From Balanoglossus misakiensis (taxonomy: Eukaryota > Animalia > Hemichordata), in NCBI GenBank assembly GCA_040954595.2, contig CM082585.2, forward strand, positions 3,254,902-3,318,901: a stretch of 64,000 bases of DNA, in the 5' to 3' direction. Numbering within the stretch: position 1 is the stretch's first letter; each line of letters begins with the position of its first letter. The notes under the pieces were generated by a model. The model was not told the DNA's origin. It ran no database searches and saw only the letters and a program-made list of their open reading frames with translations. This document shows positions 1-10,600 of the stretch, piece by piece. Made by a program: the position numbers and the translations under genes.

Positions 1-35
1 TCGGATTTATCTTTAACAACGGGTACCAAGATTAT

Positions 36-36
<1 letters not shown>

Positions 37-66
<30 letters not shown>

Positions 67-298
67 TACATACATACATACATACATACATACATACATA
101 CATACATACATACATACATACATACATACATACATACATACATACATACATACATACATACATACATACATACATACATACATACATACATACATACATA
201 CATACATACATACATACATACATACATACATACATACATACATACATACATACATACATACATACATACATACATACATACATACATACATACATACA
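37..298. repeat. Compound microsatellite (CAGA)n(CATA)n
   Basis: Read directly; it produces the spurious MYVC-repeat ORFs. Confidence 0.99.
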
Positions 299-323
299 AG
301 CTCAACAAAAAATGTATACGTAC

Positions 324-3300
324 ATCTTGATGAATAGGATGGCCACTACTGTAATGACTAGCCCCATTGCAGCAAGACAACCCAGTACAGCACATATAAT
401 TACCCAAGTTTTGGAACCTAAGTAAATAACAATCGCATTAGCATGTTAAAAACTGTTGTTTTATTCCTTACTGGAGAAAAGGATTTTACCCACTCCCACA
501 AACAAAATAAAATGGTCAGTTATAAAAGAAGAATAATCAGTATACATTTCATTGATTTGATATACGTTTGACTTTTAGTCGACTCTTTCGCTTTAAACCC
601 GTTACCCGGTGAGTGTCATTTGTTCATTTGTTTCAACTTCGATGTGTTTTTTCTGGCAATATAAATGAACACACACATTACCTTCCAGACAATGAGGGCT
701 GCTTAAGGCATAACATTCGCCCTCCACGACACAAATATCAGTCTATATTTACAAAAGAAAATAGAACCGGTAGATATTAACTTATTGCAGCCAGTAGCCA
801 TTCAACATCATCACGAGACAAATTTAACAGAAATAGATCCAAAATTGCCGCTAGGACACATTTATCAATACATTTTATCGTATTTTAGCACAAGATCATT
901 GACGAGATAAAAAGATTCATTGACCCACCTTCCGAAAACAAAATCCAGTTGTTCCATTGCATACATCACAATTTGAATTATAGATGATAACGAGAATGTT
1001 CCCACTCTCCATGGTGCCGTCGTTACTAATGGAAACCAATGCACCAACTGGTTGTTGGGTGTTACCAAAATCATTGTACCCTTGACTTCTGTTATAAATA
1101 GGGCATTGAACTTCTTCGAATGTCCAATAAACAGGGGAAAAGTATTCTGTGACATCGCCAATAGTGAAGTTTAATTTTGATATCTACAGGAAAGGTCATA
1201 CAGTATAGGTCATAGCTGTTAATAATATTATATTCAGGACCGAATGTTCTTCTGTGATATACACCAGCTTTGGTGGATTCTTGTTGGTTTGAATAGACAT
1301 AGACTTTTATTTCCCTCGGAAGATACCATACATGCCAATTTTCCAGGTCTGAAACAATGGAAAATAATAGCACTATCATAGATTAAATAAAAATTATACC
1401 CTCACCTGCACTGGTGTCACGTGACATGTCAGGTCTGCGGATTTGACAAAGTCGTCACCATAAATTGACACGTAGGAACAATTCTCCTTGCTTGAATCAC
1501 ACAGGCCCCGTATTCCTGAACGATAAACCTGGGGAGGTTGACTCAAATCTGTCGAGCAGTCCGTACCGCCATACCCGTTGTAACAAGAACAGACACCACT
1601 GATGCACTCCCCTGTACCACTGCAGTCAGAGGGGCACAATTTTCCAAGTTTTGAAATGGGCGGTCCAAAAGTTTCGTTGGAAGCACCACTTGGCTCCCAG
1701 AATGATGTGTTCTTCGATAGTACCTCTTCGCACTGTTCTGCCAGTATTTCTTTCGAAGCCTTTGCCTGAGATAAGTCATCAAACACCTGTGAAAACAATT
1801 TTCAGTTGGTTGGTTAAATTAGTTGGGTATGTATGTATGTATGTATGTATGTATGTATGTATGTATGTATGTATTATGTATGTTTACAAGCATGTTTGTC
1901 TTGAAGTTCTTTTCTTACCTGGATATCAAATTTACAATCTTCGATAAATTCGTCCACCTCATCATCATCTATTGCTTTTGAACAGATTTCCCTTATTGTT
2001 GTGTTACTGATTTGTTGAAAACATTCGTCATAAGCGTCTTGTTCTGTAATGCCGGATGGAGTTGGCCAGCTGGGAATCTAGAGTAACCAGTAAATGGAGA
2101 AAATTGTACTTTGAGCGGAGTAAATTTCAGACCGCCGATGTGGATGATTCGTTTTGGCACACCCGAAAGGGGTTTGTCAAGACTTTCAAGTACTTTGTGT
2201 ACTTTAGGTGGTTTTTTTCTCTTGAAACAAGGGGCGACGCCCATGACATCAATGCCAGCCTAATAACTGTACACTGTTACAAAATGATGAAAATGTATCT
2301 GTCTCGTCCACTCACAACTAGGATGCTTCAGCCATTAGTACAGACGTTCGAGATCCATCGTATAATTGAATCTTCGCGTACCGGACAAATACGGGACCAT
2401 AGGGTGTTGTGTACCAGAATGCAATATATATAGGTGGTGCGATTTACCTCGTGTTCAAACTCATCATCAAACGTGAAAGCCAAATCATCGTTAGAATCCT
2501 GTCCACTGTTGGTTTGTTTTTCCGCATACTTATCAGTCACGTCACATGTGTTTTCATCACAATTTGTCGGAGGCTGGCGTGCGTTATCTTTGCCATTACC
2601 GCAAAGGGCATCAGGAGCGGTGTTATCAGCATTTGGTGTGCAAGAGCAATACACCTCACTGATGGCGGTCCTCTTGACAAATGCACCTAGTTCTCCGTAA
2701 AACAAATTCTTGCCTTCCGGAACACTACAGGAGAGATCACGGAACAAATGTGAGTGGAATGTACTGTCAATACAAAATTTTCGGGGATATTCGATCTTTG
2801 TTTACCTTTCAGCATACATACATACATACATACATACATACATACATACATACATACATACATACGATATAAAAACTCAACATAAAAATGTATACGTACA
2901 TCTTTATGCATACACACACGCGCGCGTACACACTTGTGCAGGCACGCACGTACTCACCTCCATGAAACAGCAAATTCATTCGCTATTGTACTTCGGTCTG
3001 CTGGTGTGTGTTTCTTTGACGTAGATGCCTCTGGTCCATGAAGTAGATCGTTAGTATCATTACCATCGTAACTTCCACACAATCCTGAATTCTCCCAACC
3101 AAAATCAGATGCGGCAGAAAAATAAACATTATAGTAATACGTAAAGTATAACTTAACATCGACGTAGGAACCGGTCGGGAAATAAATCTGGAGAGATGAA
3201 ATGAAAAGAACAGCCGCTATAAAAGCAACTGTAGCAAATTATTCAGCATATTTGGCTGTAATTTTGACTTTATTTCCAGTATTTATGTTCTGTGTGTATG

Positions 3301-4623
3301 AAATGCAATTTCTTGCTCTACTCCAAACAACATGCTAATATACCCAGCACTCCACTTGTCAACATAGCCTGTATGTATGTATGTAGGTATGTATGTATGT
3401 ATGACATTATGTTGACTGCATCAACAAGTGGTGCCAACATATCTTTTATTTTACTATGTATGTACATGATCAGCTTGTTCAGTAATAATTACATCAATCA
3501 GTTATGTCCAAATTCAACAGGATAATTTTTCATTTTCAAACATATGAAACATTCAGAGTGCCAAGAGTGGTTTGTTATTATTAAAAATGTACAAAATAGC
3601 ATAAAATATTTCTTGATATTTCATTTTAGATTGCTCAATGGATATATACTATTTCAAAATATCATCAACCATTCATATTCCATGGCAGTGTTGGTCACGT
3701 GACAGGTCACATGACAGATCACATGACAACATATTTTAATTAAAACAAAGCTTATTTAATAATGATTCAGAAAATATATAGTTTATGCATTCACACATCA
3801 ACTCATCAAACACAATTGACTGTTAACTGACTACACCCAGTTTTAAGCCCATTTGTATATATTGGCTGTGGTATATGGTTTTACATAGGCAATGGTAGTC
3901 AAGGGGTTAAAGGCGTTTTGTTAACGTTACTCTCTCCCTGAAATCACATTTCTTTCTCGCTTACCCTGTAATCTCTTCCATTATTTTTGCTGATGAGCCG
4001 GAAACCAGGTGTCATAACGCCATTAGTCAAGACCTTGACAATAGTCTTTGGATAGGTTTTGTAATACGAGTTTGTTTGCCAACCCCCCGTGGGACTTCGC
4101 CTATAGTTGGCTACATTCTCGGTGACTGTTTTGCACCGATCTACAATTATGATGTCATCTACAGCTCGTACAGCTACACCACAGTTGCACGCTACACGTC
4201 GACTTCCACATACGGTCAAACGTGTCTGTATCTACAGGTAGAACGAAAACTGAATTGTCAGAATGTCAGAATGCGTACCCAAAGCGTTTTCTGATTGGAT
4301 GAGCAGTTTACTTTGGAAACAAATAGACGGGGGTTTTGGCGCAGGTTGAGATGTAGCAAAGAACCAGCAAAATGTACAGATCGGACCACCTAAAAATCTG
4401 CCTTAAATCAGATTGACTGATTCCAGTCATTTGGAAGATGTATTAATAATAATGTTGTGGTTTACCTCAAGTGGGAAATAACTGTGTTTGTAGTAGATAT
4501 ATTCCCCAGGAAGATAAACATGAAAATACCTGTATAAAAAGGAGCAAAGTATTTCACACTTGGCAAAATACACTTTACCAGTTGCGGTTAATTCGATTAT
4601 GATAATTATATATGTTTTATTTA

Positions 4624-4674
<51 letters not shown>

Positions 4675-7600
4675 GTTACCAGTTAAGGGGTTTAAAGAAT
4701 TATATAAACAATTCATCAATTTAATGTACAATCATTCCGGATTCTTCAGATTCATAATTTAGCGCTAAAGACCTCATTTTTCAAAGTGGCCTATATCTAA
4801 AATTGCAGACGTTTCAACGTTTTCGGTTAGAGATTTTCTACATATTCACAAAAAGACCACGGGTATTGTTAACACTATTTAAAATCTCTTTACCGGTGAG
4901 TCTGGTGGCGTGTGTACTACGGATCGAAGGTACAAAACTTCGCTCGAAACCCAACGCGAGTTGGAGACCGATTTTATTTACGCACAACATTGTAGCAATT
5001 TTTCGTATGTTTGCGCGCGCTCTGAAATCACACGATGTCAACTGAGTGTGAACTAGTTGTTTCGCGTCGTGTCGTCTGCCCAGTTTTCGTGGCTAAAACG
5101 ACAGGAATAATACCCCAGCTGGCTTTATAATTGCACATATCGTGAGATTTGAGCGCCATAGAAACCGCAGATATCGTGGAACAGGAAGGTTAGTGTTAAA
5201 ATCATTGTTTTTAATCGAAGTATTAATTTGACCTCTGAGTTTTGCTACGTTTGTGTCGGTGTCAAACGGCCGCAATGTTTACACGGCAGCCAAATAGAAT
5301 CGGGGAAATGAAGAAATGTTATCACGATACTTCGGATTTCGTGTTATTATTTCTTGGGAATTTTATCGTTTTCTCAGACGAGGTGACAGGACAGACACAC
5401 GAGGCATCTCGCGGTTCCGTTTTCAATGTTGAATTTTATGTTTTGAGTGCATTTGCGTGTCAGCTGACAGGTCTTTGCATTCATCAGAAGCTATCGTGCG
5501 TCGCTGAGATTTGATTCTTCACAAACGAAAATTATGTCATAATCATACCAAATAAAACATTTCCAGAAATTTAGAAGTTTGCGGACTTTTCTGCTAGTTG
5601 TCTATTTAGTGTTGAAGTCATGCTGAACTGCCAAATTTAACGCAGACTCGCCGTCAACACTCGAACAGTGTACTTCTTCTACGAGTGTGTCCTGTAACTG
5701 CCTTCCTTCGATAACCATACAACAACAAATAGACGGTAAACGTTTATGCAATACCAATGGATTTATGTTTTAAAACTGGTCGACAGTCAGGAAATATGCA
5801 TAAACAATCGATTGATTGTTTTTCCCAGCCAAACTATCGTATCTTGTGATTTTTTTTGTAGTGAAACTGTGGATATCGGCAGGCTGCATTGCAAGTTATT
5901 CTGCACATGCGCAGTTCCTCTGTCTTGAAAGAAAAGTCAAATTTCACCAACTTATTAATGTGCATTCGGAAAAAAAATCCCAAATGTTTTTTTGGTGACC
6001 AAAAATACTGCCAGTGTGATTTTGTGTTCAAATCCAACCTATTATTATTTAAATTGACTTGTGATACCCTCTCTCAGCACATAAAGCATAATTTCAGCCC
6101 CAAAATGGTTGCCATAGAAACATGTGATCACTAAACGGATACCATTTTTGTTCTTTTTGAGCCAATATACCCCTATGGTGAAATTTTTGTGGAAATCGGA
6201 CCTATTATTATTAAAATTATTATTTTTATATAATTCTTTATTTAATTATTTAATAATTACCAGTTAAGGGGTTTAAAGAATTACATAAGCAATTTATCAA
6301 TTTAATAAGCACGGGTGGATTTTCTGTACAATCATTCCTGATTCTTCAGATTCATAATTTAGCGCTAAAGACATCATTTTTCAAAGTGGCCTATATCTAA
6401 AATTGCAGACGTTTCAACGCTTTCGGTTAGAGATTTTCTACATATTCACGAAAAGCCACGGGTATTGTTAACACTATTTAAAATCTCTTTACCCGGTGAG
6501 TGTGGTGGCGTGTGTACTACAGATCGAAGGTACAAAACTTCGCTCGAAACCCAACGCGAGTTGGAGACCGAGTTTATTTACGTACAACATTGTAGCAATT
6601 TTGCGCGCGCTCTGAAATCACACGATGTCAACTGAGTGTGAACGAGCTGTTTCGCGTCGTGTCGTCTGCCCAGTTTTCGTGGCTAAAACGACAGGAATAA
6701 TACCCCAGTTGGCTTTATAATTGCACATATCGTGAGATTTGAGCGCCATAGAAACCGCAGATATCGTGGAACAGGAAGGTTAGTGTTAAAATCATTGTTT
6801 TTAATCGAAGTATTAATTTGACCTCTGAGTTTTGCTACGTTTGTGTCGGTGTCAAACGGCCGCAATGTTTACACGGCAGCCAAATAGAATCGGGGAAATG
6901 AAGAAATGTTATCACGATACTTCGGATTTCGTGTTATTATTTCTTGGGAATTTTATCGTTTTCTCAGACGAGGTGACAGGACAGACACACGAGGCATCTC
7001 GCGGTTCCGTTTTCAATGTTGAATTTTACGTTTTGAGTGCATTTGCGTGTCAGCTGACAGGTCTTTGCATTCATCAGAAGCTATCGTGCGTCGCTGAGAT
7101 TTGATTCTTCATGAACGAAAATTATTTCAAGTAAAACATTTCCTAGAAATTTATAAGTTTGCAGACTTTTCTGCTAGTTGTCTATTTAGTGTTGAAGTCA
7201 TGCTGAACTGCCAAATTTAACACAGACTCGCCGTCAACACTCGAACAGTGTACTTCTTCTACGAGTGGGTCCTGTAACTGCCTTCCTTCGGTAACCATAC
7301 AACAACAAATAGACGGTAAACGTGTATGCAATACCAATGGATTTATGTTTTAAAACTGGCCGACAGTCAGGAAATATGCATGAACAATTGATTGATTGGA
7401 TTTCCCAGCGATACTATTGTATCTTGTGATTTTTTTGTAGTGAAACTGTGGAAATCGGCAGGCTGCATTGCCAGTTGTTCTGCACATGCGCAGTTCCTCT
7501 GTCTTGAAAGAAAAATCAAATTTCACCAACTTATAAATGTGCATTCGGAAAATAAACACCAAATGTTTTCTTTGTGACCAAAAATACTGCCAGTGTGATT

Positions 7601-10600
7601 TCGTGTTCAAATCCAACCTATTATTGCATATGTAGTACAGTATTCCAAGCGGCCCGTGCAATAATAATTCTGGTATTTTTGCGAGCTCATATGCAAATGA
7701 GCAACTAACATAAAATAAGATCCCCAATTTCCTACACAATCGATCTTATCTCTTAAAGTTTATCACCATGTGTTTCATAATCATTTGTAGTTTGTATATA
7801 CCTCCATAGAATTTGCGAAAGGTTTTATTTTACATCCCAAAAAGCTTATTGTTGTTTTAGTTGTGCGCGCGACAATGTGGTATTTTTTACAGCTGATATG
7901 CAAATTAGTAAAAACAAAGACGACCTGTGTCGGAACTATTTTTTTGTTTGTAAATATTGTCGTCTGCTGCTGTGACGAAACCTTTCTATTCCATGGATGA
8001 ACAGTATTACGACTGGACAAACTGCATATATGTTGAAAGTTTAGGGACCGAATTCTATTATCCAGACGAGACAAGTGAAACAAGCCATGATTTATCAGCC
8101 TCGGCAAGTACGGTGGAGAAAAATATGAATATTTCTAGCCCAGGGTCGTCCCTGTCGACAACATCCAGCGCGAGCGCAAGACCGAGATTCGTCGATTTTA
8201 CATCGGAGGACGTAAATACTTTCGTAGGAGACCACAAAAACAAAAACACCGTGTTGAAAACGAAAAGAGAAGTTGCGGTATTTGAAGAATGGAAGGCGAC
8301 CATGACAACAGAAAGTCGGGGTTTGATGGAAATACCGCCTTCTGACCTCGATCCCCTTCTTGCACGGTTTTTTATCGGCGTTCGGAAAAAGAACGGGGAA
8401 GAGTATGAGCCGGACTCGATTTCCAGCTACCAAAAATCTATCGACAGGTGGCTGCGTGATAACAACTACGGCAAGAGCATAATTCGGGACGAAGAGTTCG
8501 CATCAAGTCGTCGTGCCTTAGCAGCAAAACGTAAACAACTGAAAGGCGCCGGGAAGGGCAACTTGCCAAACAAGGCAGAGCCGGTGTCCGCGGAACAGGA
8601 GACGGCGCTACTGAAAGCAGGTCAGCTCGGTGTTCATTCGGCGGTCGCGTTGTTGAATACTATCTGGCTCAACAACACTAAGCTTTTCGGTCTTCGCGGC
8701 AACGATGAACATCATCAAATGGAATGGGGAGACGTGACTTTGCAGGAAGATGAGAACGGCGAATATATCGTGTATAATGAAAGACTCACAAAAACCCGGC
8801 GAGGTGAACCAGGCAATACGCGAAGTTTCGCTCCGAAAGCCTATGCCACCCCTTCCTCTCCTGAAACATGTCCTGTCAGCGTGTACAAGAACTTTGCTTC
8901 GCGACGACCCCAGAAAATGAATACCACTTCCGCACCTTTCTATCTTGGAATCGAGTACGTTCCCTGCACTGTTAACAACGGCATATGGTTTAGAAATCAA
9001 CGAATGGGCATAAATAAACTCCGATCCCTGATGAAAACGATGTCGAAAGCAGCGGGACTGACCGGAAAGTTAAGTAACCACAGCGCTAGAAAGGCCTGTG
9101 TTCAACGCCTCCTCGACGCTGGAGTCCCACCAAATACAACAGCACAACTGAGTGGTCATAAGAATGTATCAAGCCTAAATAGATACGCAGTGGCCAACCA
9201 ATTCCAACAGCGACAGATGAGCGAGATCCTGAGCGGCGCAAAGAAAAGTTTCGATCCGCGACCGTCTTCAAGTGCCACCGATGTTGACAAAACCACCGCC
9301 GACAAGACGTCAACCGATACCAATAATATTGTATCGAGTCAATCTAATGTTTCCGTCCTTACAAACAACGTGAGTGCTTTAAATAACACCCCTCAAGTGC
9401 ACGGTATGTTTGCCAATGCTCAGATTTTTGGCGGAACTTTCAATTTTAGCTTTAATGTCAACAAGTCACCCATCCCTAAACGTCGACGTATTATTTTCCC
9501 TGACTCCGATGACTCAGATTGAACGCAGCTGTAGTTTCGCTCATTTCGGCGAAATGTAATGCCCATTTGATAAGTTTGGAATGTTCGTTTATTACTTGTT
9601 GTTATTTATTGTTCAGTTTAGCTTCGCATTAAATTGTTTATCAAACTTTATTTACATGTATTCGTGTTGTGTTTGACTCGACGATGAATGAAAGTGTGTG
9701 ACCCTGTTATAAATTTGCATATCAATAGCGCTGATGGATTTTAACCAATGAAACGTGACCAAGTAACTTGGGGCAGATCACAAGTGTTTCGCCTATAGTA
9801 TTAATCCGCTGCTATTAACCAGGCCGAGAATTTCGCTAAATTGTGGAACATATGCAATAATAACAGAACGGCACGCCCCCTTGCGGCACTTTGAGGGATA
9901 CGTATGTTATTTTCACTCGTGAGCCGGTGTATCCTGCTGTATTTTCACTCGCTACGCTCGCGAAAATACGGCCGCAGGATACACCGGCTCACTCATGAAA
10001 ATAACATACGTATCCCTCAAAGTGCCGCAAGGGGGCGTGCCGTTCTGTCATATTATTATTTAAATTGAGTTGTGATACCCTCTCTTAGCACAAAAAGCAT
10101 AATTTCAGCCCCAAAATGGTTGCCATAGAAACATGTGATCACTAAATGGATATCATTTTTGTTCTTTTTGAGCCAAAATACCCCTATGGTGAAATTTTTG
10201 TGGAAATCGGACTTATTATTATTAAAATTATTATTTTTATATAATTCTTTATTTAATTATTATTATTACAAGATACCCCTATGGTGAAATCTTTGTGGAA
10301 ATCGAACATATTATTATTTAAATTATTATTTTTATATAATTCTTTATTTAATTATTATTATTATTACCAGTTAAGGGGTTTAAAGAATTCTATAAACAAT
10401 TTATCAATTTAAAGTACCATCATTCCTGATTCTTCAGATTCATAATTTAGCGCTAAAGACATCATTTTTCAAAGTAGCCTATATCTAAAATTGCAGACGT
10501 TTCAACACTTTCGGTTGGAGATTTTCTACATATTCACAAAAAGACCACGGGTATTGTTAACACTATTTCAAACCTTGTTACCCGGTGACTCTGGTGGCGT

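Larger units (their letters stand above)
7621..10052 (+). mobile_element. Crypton-like tyrosine recombinase DNA transposon (element 1)
   Basis: Absent from the paralogous site in copy 1 (CCAACCTA|TTATTATTTAAATTG at ~6040). Single YR ORF. Left end TATTATTGCATATGT (7619-7633) is inverted at 9848-9862. Terminal hairpin present. The boundary can slide within TATTATT, which occurs at both ends. Confidence 0.9.

Noticed and set aside
13-295. MYVC-repeat ORFs
   Set aside because: Translations of a (TATG)n microsatellite.
1993-2244. ORF as a VWDE exon
   Set aside because: The real exon (1919-2077, WPTPSGITE) is in another frame; the rest is intron.
7957-9522. Bacterial or phage integrase contamination, or a domesticated KIAA1958/ZMYM host gene
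   Set aside because: Eukaryotic DUF3504-type motifs and an NLS-like tail; sits in a discrete insertion with an empty paralogous site inside an animal intron.
9863-10048. Hairpins as terminators or pre-miRNAs
   Set aside because: Eukaryotic context, no U-tract, and they coincide with element termini in several families. An RNA role is not excluded but is unsupported.
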